A stretch of 64,000 nt of DNA from NCBI GenBank assembly GCA_963665095.1, contig OY762069.1:6240001-6304000 (forward strand). Reading direction: 5' to 3'. Shown piece by piece: positions 26,348 to 37,240 of the stretch. The notes beneath the pieces were generated by a model. That model saw only the letters and a program-made list of their open reading frames with translations, was not told the DNA's origin and did not search any database. Position 1 is the stretch's first letter. Every line of letters begins with the position of its first letter. The stretch is from an uncultured Desulfobacter sp. (GTDB taxonomy: Bacteria; Desulfobacterota; Desulfobacteria; Desulfobacterales; Desulfobacteraceae). Position numbers and translations under genes: made by a program.

Positions 26348-26473
26348 ATGCTTGGACGGGAAATTGCCCAGGTGCAAGGCGCAAAAAAAGTTAAAACCGG
26401 AGCATACTGTGGTATGTGAGGATTTTAATTTTTTACAGCAACACCGCAGATGGGTGATTTCCCGTTCAAACAT
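26348..26473. repeat. 126-bp ERIC-like palindromic element between upp and uraA
   Basis: arms ATGCTTGGACGGGAAATTGCCCA and TGGGTGATTTCCCGTTCAAACAT; core GCAAGGCGCA...GGAGCATACTGTGGTATGTGAGGA...GCAACACCGC. Confidence 0.7.
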
Positions 26474-27099
26474 TATTTTGTGCCGAAAATTTTATCTCCG
26501 GCATCCCCAAGCCCGGGAAGGATGTACCCAACATCATTGAGCCGTTCATCCACGCTGGCTGTATAAATGTCCACATCCGGATGCTTTGCTTCCAGCGCGG
26601 CAATGCCTTCAGGTGCTGCCACAAGAAACAGCCCTTTGATGGTTTTGCATCCGGCCTCTTTAAGCAGGTCAATGGTGGCGATCAGGGTGCCGCCCGTGGC
26701 CAGCATGGGGTCCAGGATAAGCGCTGTCCGCTCTTCCATGGCAGAGGCGGTTTTAAAATAATACTGAACCGGTTTCAGGGTCTCTTCATTCCTGTAAAAA
26801 CCCACCACAGAAACCTTGGCAGACGGAATCAGATCAAGCACGCCGTCCATCATACCTAAGCCTGCTCTCAAAATAGGCACAATGGTGATTTTTTTCCCTT
26901 TAATTTTCTGGACCTCAACTTCTCCGGCCCAGCCTTCTATGGTTTCTTTTTCGGTTTCAAGGTCGTGGGTAGCCTCATAGGTAAGCAGGCGTGCCACTTC
27001 CGAAGACAGGTCCCTGAAATCCTTGGTACTGATGTCCTTTTGTCTCATCAGTCCGAGCTTATGCTTGATAAGCGGATGGTCCTCTACATATACGGCCAT
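26473..27099 (-). CDS. upp: uracil phosphoribosyltransferase
   Basis: [39 protein letters not shown]. Confidence 0.97.
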   Translation of the reverse strand: MAVYVEDHPLIKHKLGLMRQKDISTKDFRDLSSEVARLLTYEATHDLETEKETIEGWAGEVEVQKIKGKKITIVPILRAGLGMMDGVLDLIPSAKVSVVGFYRNEETLKPVQYYFKTASAMEERTALILDPMLATGGTLIATIDLLKEAGCKTIKGLFLVAAPEGIAALEAKHPDVDIYTASVDERLNDVGYILPGLGDAGDKIFGTK

Positions 27100-27253
27100 A
27101 TCGTCTCCTTTTGTTCGGGTAAATTGATATCGATAGGTAAATCCTGCAAAGATTAGTAAACGTCTCTTTTTTAGTCAAGAATATTTATAGGGCAGTTGGG
27201 GCATCTTATTTGCCATCCTTTATGAGTTGAAATTCATCATTTTATCCTGCAGA

Positions 27254-29683
27254 ATGGCCAGCATGATTTCCACAGATTACATTGAGGTGGGCGTTACCCT
27301 GCCGCTTAACCAGACCTTTGTCTACCAGATACCTGATGAGTTCAAGGCAGCTGCCTGTCCGGGCATGCGGGTGCTGGTTCCCTTTGGCCGGCGCAGGGTT
27401 ACCGGGTATATCCTTGAAGAAAAAAAAGATTGCGGACCCTATAAAGCCAGGCCGGTAGCCGACTTGCTGGATGACCATCCCCTGTTTCCGGAAACCGACG
27501 TTGCTTTTTTTAAATGGGTGGCAGGTTATTATATTCACCCTTTGGGGGAGACCATCAAAACTGCGCTTCCCACAGGGCTGGAATGCATGGATGTCGCCTG
27601 TGTGTTTGTCACGTCAAAGGGCAGAAACGCCCTTGATGGGGATGGCCTGACCAGTGAAGAAGCCCGGGTGGTCAATCAGCTGCTTGAAAAGGACGGCCGG
27701 CCCCTTAAATTTTTTACCAGGAAAGATCCTGACAATGCTGCACTTGTGCGCAAACTTGAGAAAACAGATATGGTCCAGGTATCAGCTGTGCTGCAGAAAG
27801 AAAGTGCCGGGACCAAAACCGAAAAGTTTATCCGCATTGCCGGGGAAACTCCCGCAAAGCAGGTCCGTATGTCTGCCAAGCGCCTCAAAATTCTTTCCAT
27901 TGTCCGGGAAGTCAAAGAGATATCTTTAACCGATCTCAAGCGCCAGGTGCCAACCGCCCCAAGGCTGATACAGCCCTTGGCCGAAGCCGGCTGGCTGGAT
28001 GTGGAGAGCCGCCGGGTGTTTCGTGATCCCTTAGGTGATCCTGTGACCCCGGACTCCCCGCCGGAATTGACCGAAGAGCAGGCCCGGGTGGTAAAAAATA
28101 TCCAGGACCGGGGCCGGGTTTTTTCCCCCTGTCTGCTGGTGGGGGTAACAGGGTCCGGAAAAACAGAAGTGTATATGCGCCTGGTGGCAGATGCCGTGGA
28201 AAAAGGGCTGGGTGCCATTGTGCTGGTGCCTGAAATTGCCTTGATCTCCCAGACAGAGCGCCGGTTCAGGGCCAGGTTTGGCGAAAAAATTGCGGTCATC
28301 CACTCCATGCTTACCCAGGCGGAACGCCTGGACCAGTGGCGTAAGATTGCTCTGGGCAAGGTGAATATTGTTATTGGTGCGCGTTCTGCCATATTTGCCC
28401 CGGTGCGGAATATCGGCATCATCATCGTGGATGAGGAGCATGATTCTTCTTACAAACAGGAGTCTGGTCTGCGTTATAACGCCCGGGATCTGGCGGTGGT
28501 CAGGGCCCGGATGCACGCCTGTCCGGTGGTGCTGGGCTCTGCTACGCCATCGTTGCAGTCCTGCCAGAATGCCGTGTCAAACCGGTTTTTTAAACTGGAA
28601 CTGACCAGACGGGTGAACAACCAGACCCTGCCGGAGATTACCCTGGTGGATATGAAAAAGTATAAGGATTCCCGTAATACAGACCGGATTATCACACCGG
28701 AGCTGGGCCGGGCGATCCGGCGCTGTCTTGAAAAGGGCAACCAGACCCTTATTTTTTTAAACCGCCGAGGGTTTTCCACCTTTCCGCTGTGCGCCTCCTG
28801 CGGCAAAACCCTGGGCTGCCCCCATTGTGATGTCACCATGACCTTTCACCAGGCAGGCGAGCATTACAGGTGTCATCTGTGCGGCCACACCCTGCCGGCC
28901 GGCATCAAATGTCCGGATTGCGGGACCGGGAAAATCCGCAATTTCGGATTTGGTACGGAAAAGATTGAGGCCATGTTGAAACAGATGTTTCCTGACGCCC
29001 GGGTGGCCCGGATGGACCAGGATTCCACGACAAAAAAGGGCAGCACCCTGGCGCTGCTGCGTCAGATCCGCAACCGGACCGTGGATATTATTGTGGGCAC
29101 CCAGATGCTGGCCAAGGGCCATGATTTCCCCGGCATTACCCTGGTGGGGGTGATCTGTGCGGATTTAAGCTTGAGCCTGCCGGATTTCAGAGCCAGTGAG
29201 CGGACCTTCCAGCTTCTGGCCCAGGTGGCGGGCCGGGCCGGCCGCGGCAAGGAGCCGGGCCGGGTGATCATGCAGACCTTTAATCCGGACCATTTTACCA
29301 TAGAGGCCTCCCGGAACCAGGATTACCTGGAGTTTTTTGACCAGGAGATTGCCTTTAGAAAGGCATTGATGTACCCGCCGTTTTCACGGATGATCCAGCT
29401 TAAAATTTCCGGTAAAGATCCCGATAAAACCCGGGCCCATGCTATGCTGGCCGCAAAGATACTTGAACAGTTTAACACCCGGGAACCAAGAGCCCAGATC
29501 ATGGGGCCCATAGAGGCAGCGATCCAGAAGATCTCCTCACGGTACCGGTGGCAGATCCTTGTCAAAGGAGAATCTGCCGCAAACATCAGTCAAATGGTCT
29601 CAGCCATGGTTCAGACCCCTGAGATCCAGAAGGTGAAGGTGGTCTCCATTGCCATTGATGTGGATCCCTATTCTTTGATGTAA
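27254..29683 (+). CDS. priA: primosomal protein N'
   Basis: GVTGSGKT, DEEH, SATP, double Zn finger, QVAGRAGR, DVDP; start uncertain (27227, 27254 or 27263). Confidence 0.95.
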   Translation: MASMISTDYIEVGVTLPLNQTFVYQIPDEFKAAACPGMRVLVPFGRRRVTGYILEEKKDCGPYKARPVADLLDDHPLFPETDVAFFKWVAGYYIHPLGETIKTALPTGLECMDVACVFVTSKGRNALDGDGLTSEEARVVNQLLEKDGRPLKFFTRKDPDNAALVRKLEKTDMVQVSAVLQKESAGTKTEKFIRIAGETPAKQVRMSAKRLKILSIVREVKEISLTDLKRQVPTAPRLIQPLAEAGWLDVESRRVFRDPLGDPVTPDSPPELTEEQARVVKNIQDRGRVFSPCLLVGVTGSGKTEVYMRLVADAVEKGLGAIVLVPEIALISQTERRFRARFGEKIAVIHSMLTQAERLDQWRKIALGKVNIVIGARSAIFAPVRNIGIIIVDEEHDSSYKQESGLRYNARDLAVVRARMHACPVVLGSATPSLQSCQNAVSNRFFKLELTRRVNNQTLPEITLVDMKKYKDSRNTDRIITPELGRAIRRCLEKGNQTLIFLNRRGFSTFPLCASCGKTLGCPHCDVTMTFHQAGEHYRCHLCGHTLPAGIKCPDCGTGKIRNFGFGTEKIEAMLKQMFPDARVARMDQDSTTKKGSTLALLRQIRNRTVDIIVGTQMLAKGHDFPGITLVGVICADLSLSLPDFRASERTFQLLAQVAGRAGRGKEPGRVIMQTFNPDHFTIEASRNQDYLEFFDQEIAFRKALMYPPFSRMIQLKISGKDPDKTRAHAMLAAKILEQFNTREPRAQIMGPIEAAIQKISSRYRWQILVKGESAANISQMVSAMVQTPEIQKVKVVSIAIDVDPYSLM

Positions 29684-29707
29684 CCGGTCTTTTATGGGAA
29701 AAAGCTT

Positions 29708-30004
29708 TTATTTGCAGGCATCAAGGCGGCACATCCGTTTGATGTCTCCCTTGTGGATTTTATCACACAGGCTGCATTTTTTGTTTTTCAGGGCCAGCTG
29801 ATAGTAGCACCAGCCATGTACCCCGTCGGCTTTGGGCCAGTATTTAAGAATGTTCTCACAAAGTTCCGGCTGATTGCGGTCTTCAACAGTCTCTTGATAA
29901 CACCAGGGACCCGGGCGCTCGGTCTGGGCCTGGCACATATCATAGATGGGGTCCTGGCCGGCAGCCTGATCGGTCCATAACGGCCCGGCCCAGGGAAGAA
30001 CCAT
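29708..30004 (-). CDS. Cys-rich hypothetical protein, probably secreted, possibly missing its true start
   Basis: repeated WCY...C units; the frame continues upstream as a signal-peptide-like segment with no ATG. Confidence 0.55.
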   Translation of the reverse strand: MVLPWAGPLWTDQAAGQDPIYDMCQAQTERPGPWCYQETVEDRNQPELCENILKYWPKADGVHGWCYYQLALKNKKCSLCDKIHKGDIKRMCRLDACK

Positions 30005-30012
30005 TAGAGCGA

Positions 30013-30591
30013 TCAGCCAAAGACAAATGTGTGTGAATTTCCTGTCGGGCAGAAAAAATCAGCTGCCAGAAATGCAATACCTCCCACTAAAAGGAAAACC
30101 GACCGCCAAGTCATACCTGCTTCCAGGACCCCGTATTGAGGATCCTGGGGATCGTAGTATACGGTCACTTTATTACCCACAGGGTATTTGCTTATAACTT
30201 TTTGGGCCCATTTCATTTTACCGCCTGAATCTCCCGTGCCAAAGGCGATACGTGAACTGGTAAAATTGTGTCCGTCCACCTGATAGTGAAAAGCGATTTT
30301 GGGATAATACGTTGTCCTGGAGCGGCGGCGGTTCGTATCCCGGGTGACTCGTTTGGCTATATCCGACGAGCTGATTGTGCCCGGGACATTCGGCCACCCG
30401 GCGCTCTTTCTGGAACCCTTGATTTTATAGCCGCCCCAGGCAGCTAAAACAGCGCCTGCCACAAACAGGCCCAGTATCAGAAAAATCATGCCTGTATCGG
30501 CCCTGCCGCTGGTTCCAAGAAATTTGGCCGATTTTACTGGTATATCAAAGACGTCCCTATCCTTTTTGAATAAATACTTTGTTGGCTTCAT
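30013..30591 (-). CDS. DUF3592-like membrane protein
   Basis: TM helix, W-x-x-V-x-G, YQVDG, YPVG..VTVYYDPQDP, second TM helix. Confidence 0.75.
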   Translation of the reverse strand: MKPTKYLFKKDRDVFDIPVKSAKFLGTSGRADTGMIFLILGLFVAGAVLAAWGGYKIKGSRKSAGWPNVPGTISSSDIAKRVTRDTNRRRSRTTYYPKIAFHYQVDGHNFTSSRIAFGTGDSGGKMKWAQKVISKYPVGNKVTVYYDPQDPQYGVLEAGMTWRSVFLLVGGIAFLAADFFCPTGNSHTFVFG

Positions 30592-31525
30592 TTTTCACCT
30601 TTTAATTCAATGATTTTTTCCACAGTCTGGCCTGACAGAATATCAATGTCCCGGATTTCCTGAACCTGATTGGGGGTCACCGAAGGATCAACTCTTCAAC
30701 ATCGTCGCAGTCTCCCTTGCGGCGATGCCCGTACGCCACCAGGCCAACGGTGGCATTGTCCGGCAGCTCTTTTATCAGGCTGGTGAGGACGTCCCTGGCA
30801 ATGGTAATCTTTGCGAAGCCCTCCACCTGGCCCCACATGGAGCCCGAGGCGTCCAGGATAAAAATGATATTGCCGGAGGCGGCCGGTGATGTTTTGCTTT
30901 TCTTGGTTTGCCCGGCAGATCCGCTGGCCCTTTTTGAGGGGCCTGCCCGGGTGTATCCCGCCGGAATGCTGAAAAGCGAGTCATCCTGGGGACTTTTTTT
31001 GATGTTTCTCAAAGCCATGGTTGCGTTGCCGTTGGTGGCATAGGCGATGGTCCTGACAGCAAAGTCCAGGGTGCCGGATGTCCAGATCCGGTATGCCACC
31101 GCCTCTTTGCCTGCCTCACGGTACTCGACAACATCGCAGGGATAGCCTTCCACCGTTTCCGTGCCCGCAGGTGTACCGGTCATGTTCCTGCGCATGAATT
31201 CCCATCCGGCCACAGGATTCATGATCATGGTTTTGACAGGCTCGCTTGCTTCCACATACTGATGTTCCCGGGGCATGAGTCCCTGGGTAACACCGGTTTC
31301 TTTGTTGTAGATGACAGGAAGGGACGGCACATTTGGGGGGCCTGCTGTCTTTTCAAGCCGCATTAAATTGTCTTTTACCTTCAGATCATAAACAAAATTT
31401 CTCCCGGGGGAGGTAATAACCAGTTCAGCACTGAATTGCACTGCATGGGAGAAGGAAAAAGGGGATATCAGAAAAGAAACAAATAAAACGACATTCCAGA
31501 CAACTGTCAATCGATGCATTACCAT
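30588..31525 (-). pseudogene. secreted DUF4412-like + VWA protein with an internal out-of-frame deletion
   Basis: signal peptide, GTETVEGYPC, DSLFSIPAGY; the VWA domain (FILDASGSM...YGHR..GDCDDVE) stops abruptly at 30677; a plausible C-terminus survives in another frame. Confidence 0.7.
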
Positions 31526-31808
31526 GGACGGCCTCCTTGCCTTTTGAATATTGCAGTTGTATCGATGCGAGATAACTTTTTGAGTTTTATATGTTTTATG
31601 ACAGGCTTTCGGCTTTTGTTAACCAAAGATTGTAATGCATGGAATACTCATGAATGCCCCGGACCGCCTGCAGGAATCTGATGATTCCATGCGCCGGGTG
31701 CGGGCATGAAACCCAATATGTTTGACAGCCCTTGGGGGTTAAGGTATTTTTTGGACGAAACTGACCATAACCTGCATCAGATCATTATAAGAAGAGGAGA
31801 AAACGCAC

Positions 31809-33683
31809 ATGAATAGCAGTTGCACTATCCGGAATCTGGCCGATATTGAAAGTCTTGAAACTGTTCCTTTATCTGAACGCGTCCCTGAGAAAAGCACGTA
31901 TGAACTGATCAAAAAAGGGGCGGATATAAACCCGGATGCCCTTGCCATGAGCTTTCTTCTTTCCGGGGATGCCTATGCGCAGCCCCAGCAGATCACTTAC
32001 CGGGATATGATGATTAAAATTAATCAGACAGCCAATATGCTGCATGATCTTGGTGTCGGCCCCACCGATGTGGTGACCTATCTTCTGCCAAGCCTGCCCC
32101 AGACCCATTATGTTTTATGGGGCTCAGAGGCTGTGGGGATTGCCAATCCCATCAATCCGCTTCTTGAGGCTGAAACCATCCGGGATATCTGTACGGCAGC
32201 CGGCACAAAAGTACTTGTGGCCCTGGGAGAATTCCCTGGTACTGACATCTGGAACAAAGTGGAAGCGATCAGAAAAGATATTCCAACCCTTACCAGTGTC
32301 ATCCGGGTATTTGGACCCAGTGACGAGGCCGAGGGTATTTACGGTTTTGAGGAAAAAGTGGAAACCTACCCGGGCGACCGTCTGATATTTGACAGGGATA
32401 TTGACCCGGATGATATTGCCTCTCTCTATCACACCGGCGGTACCACCGGCCGGCCCAAGCTTGCCAAACGCTCCCACTATAACGAGCTTTTTCTGACCTG
32501 GGATTTGAAAACCGTTACCGGCCTTGCGCCCAAAGAGACCGTCATGGTGGGGCTGCCCCTTTTTCACTGTAACGGCACCTGCATTACAGGACTTTTGCCG
32601 TTCTCTGTGGGCGGGCATGTGGTTATTCTTTCGCCCATGGGGTATCGGGATGTATCCATCATGAAAAATTTCTATAAAATCGTGGATCATTATAAACCTT
32701 CCTTTTTTTCCTGCGTGCCCACCGTACTTTCCGGCCTTATTGAAATCCCTGTGGGGGATGCGGATATCTCATCCCTGCAGTACCTGATCTGCGGGGCTGC
32801 CCCCTTGAGTGTGGAACTTTTTAACCGGTTTGAGGCCCACTCCAAAATGAAAATCCTGGAAGGCTACGGGCTCACGGAATCCACCTGTGCCTGTGCGGTA
32901 AACCCCAAGGACGGGGAGCGGAAAATCGGGAGCATCGGGATTCGCCTGCCTTACCAGGAATTGAAAGTTGTAATCACCGATGATGAAGGGAACTATGTCC
33001 GGGATGCCCAACCCAATGAGATTGGCTGCGTGTGCATTTCCGGCCCCTGCGTTTTCAAAGGCTATGTGGAAGAGGAGCACAATCAGGGTATCTGGGTGCA
33101 GGACGGGTGGTTCAACTCCGGAGATCTCGGCCGGCAGGATGAAGACGGCTACTTTTTTCTCACAGGAAGAAAAAAAGAGCTGATTATCCGCGGTGGCCAC
33201 AATATTGACCCGGTGATGATTGAGGAGCCCCTTTATAAAATGAAGGATATCAAGATGGCTGCTGCCATTGGCCGGCCGGATGCCCATGCCGGAGAAGTGC
33301 CGGTGGCCTATGTGGAGGTGAGTGAAAACTCAGGCCTTACCAGCGACGATATCATGGCATGGGCCAAAACCCATATCGGGGAGCGGGCTGCCATTCCAAA
33401 AGAGATTATCGTCACGGATCAGATTCCTTTAACCGCCGTTGGGAAGGTGTTTAAGCCCGCACTGAAATGGGATGCCATCCGCCGGGTTTACGAGCAGGAG
33501 CTGGCCGGTCTCAAAGATCTGGCACAATCTGTCACAGTAACTGTGGCCGAAGACAAGAGCCATGGCGTAAATGCCACAATAAACGTCACACCTTCCGACA
33601 GCACAACACCTGAGGAGATCCGTACAAAGATCAGCGATCTTCTGGCCCGCTACACGGTCCATTATACCGTAATCATCGATTAA
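31809..33683 (+). CDS. acyl-CoA synthetase (AMP-forming)
   Basis: YHTGGTTGRPK, EGYGLTE, SGDLG, LTAVGK. Confidence 0.93.
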   Translation: MNSSCTIRNLADIESLETVPLSERVPEKSTYELIKKGADINPDALAMSFLLSGDAYAQPQQITYRDMMIKINQTANMLHDLGVGPTDVVTYLLPSLPQTHYVLWGSEAVGIANPINPLLEAETIRDICTAAGTKVLVALGEFPGTDIWNKVEAIRKDIPTLTSVIRVFGPSDEAEGIYGFEEKVETYPGDRLIFDRDIDPDDIASLYHTGGTTGRPKLAKRSHYNELFLTWDLKTVTGLAPKETVMVGLPLFHCNGTCITGLLPFSVGGHVVILSPMGYRDVSIMKNFYKIVDHYKPSFFSCVPTVLSGLIEIPVGDADISSLQYLICGAAPLSVELFNRFEAHSKMKILEGYGLTESTCACAVNPKDGERKIGSIGIRLPYQELKVVITDDEGNYVRDAQPNEIGCVCISGPCVFKGYVEEEHNQGIWVQDGWFNSGDLGRQDEDGYFFLTGRKKELIIRGGHNIDPVMIEEPLYKMKDIKMAAAIGRPDAHAGEVPVAYVEVSENSGLTSDDIMAWAKTHIGERAAIPKEIIVTDQIPLTAVGKVFKPALKWDAIRRVYEQELAGLKDLAQSVTVTVAEDKSHGVNATINVTPSDSTTPEEIRTKISDLLARYTVHYTVIID

Positions 33684-33735
33684 GGCAGTTGGAAAACCCT
33701 GCTGCATCTGACCCATCTGCCCCACACATCAACCA

Positions 33736-33768
33736 GGGCCGGCCGTAGACATTCGGCCGGCCCGTTTT
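33736..33768 (+). terminator. intrinsic terminator after the acyl-CoA synthetase
   Basis: GGGCCGGCCG-loop-CGGCCGGCCC-GTTTT. Confidence 0.65.
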
Positions 33769-33925
33769 CATGTTTATAGTATTGCTGTTGTATTGATTCG
33801 TGAAAAGCGTTATGTGTATCGTGTCATAACGTTTTACATGCAGGTTGTATCAAGATCGCATTTTAAGGAGCATAACGGCGTTATCGTGGAGATGGCCGGA
33901 ATTTCCAGGATGGCCGTAATAGAAT

Positions 33926-36900
33926 TTGAAGATACAGGAGCGCCGGCCAGTGCCTCATAGACAATTTCATATTCCAGTGCTGCCGGATGTTCTGGCCAGA
34001 CCCAGGCTTTACCTGACGCTGTCATCCTGCCCTCACTGCCGTATTATCCTGGTGACCGGGCAGGCTGCCCAGGGAAAGTCCACCCTGGTCGCGGACTATC
34101 TGAAGCGTGAAAAGGCTCCCTGCCTCTGGTTTCACCTGAGCGCGTCCCTTTCAGACAGCGGGACGCTTTTTGATCTGATTTCCCAGGGGATGGAATCCTT
34201 AAACGGCCCTAATGGGCAGACCTCCTCGTTGCCTCATGTCTCTCTGGGAACCCGTCAGGATTTGTCCAGGCAGTCTGAAATCCTTGTCGCCGCCATGACC
34301 CGCATGCCCGGCCCCTTAAATATTGTCCTGGATGATATGGAGTCCCTCGCACCGGATGCGCCGTCCCTGGCACTTATTCAAACTTTGGTGGCGGAAAGCC
34401 CCCGCCATGTACGTTTTTTTCTGCTCTCCAGAACCCGGCTGCGACTGAATCTGAGCCGGTTCAAAATGAACCAGGAGCTTCTGGAACTTGGCAACCAGGA
34501 ACTGGCCTTTACCCTTGAGGAGATCCAGGCATTTTTTGCTGAAACCGCACAACCAGAATCCGGACCGCTTGACCTGGAAGATGCACAAAAAGTGATGACC
34601 GCAACCGGTGGCTGGGCCGGGGGCCTGATTCTGGTGTCTGAAGCGGTCCGGCAGAGCCGGAATCTTAACGGGCTCCCTGCACAGATCTCCACAGAAATTA
34701 TCTCTTATTTCAGCCAGGAGATTTACCAGAACCTGGCCGCAGATGTTCGTGCATTCCTCAGGCAGACTGCCTTGTTTGACGAGCTGGATACCCGGATGCT
34801 TTCCCTGATTTTTCCAGGGACTGACCCTGTGGAAATGCTGACCTGGCTGGAACAGCGGAATCTGTTTATCCAGAAAATCATACCCCACAGCCAGTGGCCG
34901 GTTTTCAGATACAACAACCTTTTCCGGGAGTTTCTTCTGGCAGACCTGAAACACGCCTGTAAGCGGCAGGAGATTGAGACGCTGAACCGGCAGATCGGAC
35001 AGGTCTTCTGGGAAGAGAAAGACCATGAAAAGGCCATCAGTTTTTTCATGGCTGCCGGTGCCTGTGATATGGTTGCAAAAATTTTAAGGATCAAGGGAAA
35101 GGATTATGTGATTACCGGGAGAACGGACCGTCTTGCCCGTTGGATTGATGCCCTGCCGGAACGTATTTCCCGGGAAGATCCCTGGCTGATCCTTTTTAGA
35201 ACCGTAGCCGAACGAATTCAGGGCGGTAAAAAAAATATTCAGGTCTTCAGCAGGACGCTTGAGATGTTCAGGGAACAGGGGGATATCCGGGGGGGACTGC
35301 TCAGTCTGGCTTATCTGATTGAAGCCTGCGTGTTTATCCGACGTCCGCCTTGGGAGCTGCTCAGGCATATTGAGGCCGGAGAAAAGCTCATGGCAAGTCT
35401 GGGGGGAGAATACCGTTTTACCTGGGCTAAAATTTTGCTCTGGCAGCAGATCGGGTTGGGGTATATCGCAGGCACCGGCGATATTTTCAAAGGGATCTCC
35501 GCCTGCCGCAACGCCATTCTCCTGGCCCAGGGCATCCAAAACCCGGCACTGGTGCTCAGCGCTTCGGTTATTATGACCCTGGGACTGGTTCAGTCCGGAG
35601 ATTTTGCCGCAGCCAGGGAAATATTGGGAAAAACCCGGACCATATCACAGGAGGAGAGTCAGCCTGAGTACCGGGCCCTTGAAAATATCACCAATATCGA
35701 TCTGGCTTTGAAGCGGGGGGACACCCGTCATGCAGGGGAGCTTCTTGCGCGGTCCGAGGCTGACATTGAAAAATTCGGACTGATTTTTCTTTATCCGGGG
35801 CTTGTGGAGGCCCAAGCGCTGTACCATGCCTGTTCCGGCCGGCATGGCCAGGCGGTTCAGGCGGCAGATCATCTCATTGATTTTTCCATTCTCACAGGCA
35901 ATGATTTTTATCAGGGGATTTCCCACCGGGTAAAGGCTGTGGCCTGTCTGCTCAATGGTGATCCAGGCGGCGCCTGTGCCGAAGCCGAAAACGCAGTGAA
36001 AGAACTGGGGCGTGCCCGCAGGGGGGAATTTCACATTATTCAGGCGCGGCAGATTTACGGTATTGCATTGTACCGTCAAGGGCAAAACAGGGACGCGTGT
36101 GAGGCGCTTGAACCGGTATTGGAATATTTTAGAGGCATTCACTCCAACTTAAGTTTCTGCGAAACGGCCTTTATCCTGGGTGCTGCGCTGGTTGACAGCG
36201 GTGAAAAATCCAACCGGGATGCTGCAGCCCGGTATTTTACCCAGGGATTCGAACTGGCAGTAAAAAATCAGTACAGCTATTTTCCCCTTCTTGATGCAGA
36301 ACTTATGGCCGGGGTAATAGTGAGGGCCTGGGAAACCCTTGTCTCCCCTGAAGTGCTTTTGACCTCTTTTATCACTGATTTTTTAACGCCGGAAACGCAT
36401 GCTGCGATCAGGGGCCTTTTATCGGAAATTTATGCAAAGAAAGATGCTGAACGGTTCACTCCTTTGTTCAGAGCGGCCTGCCCCAGGCTTTTCATCTCCA
36501 CGCTTGGCCCCTTCTCTGTGATCCAGGGCGGATCTGTCCTGCCCACTTCAGGGTTTGGCGGTCCCAAGCCCCTGATGTTTCTAAAAGTTCTTTTGCTCAA
36601 TGGAAGCAAAGATGTGCCCAAAGAGGTGCTGATGGATATTCTCTGGCCCGGTGCCGACGAAAGTGCCGGGGAAAAAAATTTAAAAATCAACATCCACCGC
36701 GTCAGAAAAGCCTTGGAGCCCTTTGCGGTTAAGCAGTTCGGCCACATTTATCTGATCCAGAAAGGCGGCAGGATTTCTCTGGCACCGGATCTGGTGCATG
36801 TGGATACAGAGGCATTCACCAGCCTTGTCAGCCGGGGGCGGACCCTTGAATCCGAAGGGGACAGGGACGGTGCCCTGGACTGTTATTCAAAGGCTGCCGG

Positions 36901-37240
36901 GTTTTATAAAGGGGATTACTTCAGTGATGACCCCTATCTGGAAGAAACAATCCTGGAGCGGGAAATGTATCGGAGAGCATGTATCGATATTCTGGAGCGG
37001 TCTGCAGAGATCCACAAGGCCCGCAACCTCTGGCAGAATAGGGTGGATACCTGGCTGCGGATTCTGGAGATTGATGCCTGCCATGAGGCTGCCTGTCAGA
37101 ACCTGATGATCCTGTACGGCCATGCGGGCATGAAAGCCGAAGCACGCCAGATCTATGCCAGGTGCTGTAAGGCACTTGAAGCGGAACTGGACATTGAACC
37201 GGACAACCGGACCCGGGAGATTTACAGCCGGCTGGCATAA
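33926..37240 (+). CDS. large MalT-like ATP-binding regulator with TPR region and C-terminal HTH/BTAD domain
   Basis: GQAAQGKST P-loop, IVLDD, LLSR, TGGWAGGL, FRYNNLFREFL; C-terminal LMDILWP...VDTEAF...LDIEPD. Confidence 0.85.
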   Translation: MKIQERRPVPHRQFHIPVLPDVLARPRLYLTLSSCPHCRIILVTGQAAQGKSTLVADYLKREKAPCLWFHLSASLSDSGTLFDLISQGMESLNGPNGQTSSLPHVSLGTRQDLSRQSEILVAAMTRMPGPLNIVLDDMESLAPDAPSLALIQTLVAESPRHVRFFLLSRTRLRLNLSRFKMNQELLELGNQELAFTLEEIQAFFAETAQPESGPLDLEDAQKVMTATGGWAGGLILVSEAVRQSRNLNGLPAQISTEIISYFSQEIYQNLAADVRAFLRQTALFDELDTRMLSLIFPGTDPVEMLTWLEQRNLFIQKIIPHSQWPVFRYNNLFREFLLADLKHACKRQEIETLNRQIGQVFWEEKDHEKAISFFMAAGACDMVAKILRIKGKDYVITGRTDRLARWIDALPERISREDPWLILFRTVAERIQGGKKNIQVFSRTLEMFREQGDIRGGLLSLAYLIEACVFIRRPPWELLRHIEAGEKLMASLGGEYRFTWAKILLWQQIGLGYIAGTGDIFKGISACRNAILLAQGIQNPALVLSASVIMTLGLVQSGDFAAAREILGKTRTISQEESQPEYRALENITNIDLALKRGDTRHAGELLARSEADIEKFGLIFLYPGLVEAQALYHACSGRHGQAVQAADHLIDFSILTGNDFYQGISHRVKAVACLLNGDPGGACAEAENAVKELGRARRGEFHIIQARQIYGIALYRQGQNRDACEALEPVLEYFRGIHSNLSFCETAFILGAALVDSGEKSNRDAAARYFTQGFELAVKNQYSYFPLLDAELMAGVIVRAWETLVSPEVLLTSFITDFLTPETHAAIRGLLSEIYAKKDAERFTPLFRAACPRLFISTLGPFSVIQGGSVLPTSGFGGPKPLMFLKVLLLNGSKDVPKEVLMDILWPGADESAGEKNLKINIHRVRKALEPFAVKQFGHIYLIQKGGRISLAPDLVHVDTEAFTSLVSRGRTLESEGDRDGALDCYSKAAGFYKGDYFSDDPYLEETILEREMYRRACIDILERSAEIHKARNLWQNRVDTWLRILEIDACHEAACQNLMILYGHAGMKAEARQIYARCCKALEAELDIEPDNRTREIYSRLA

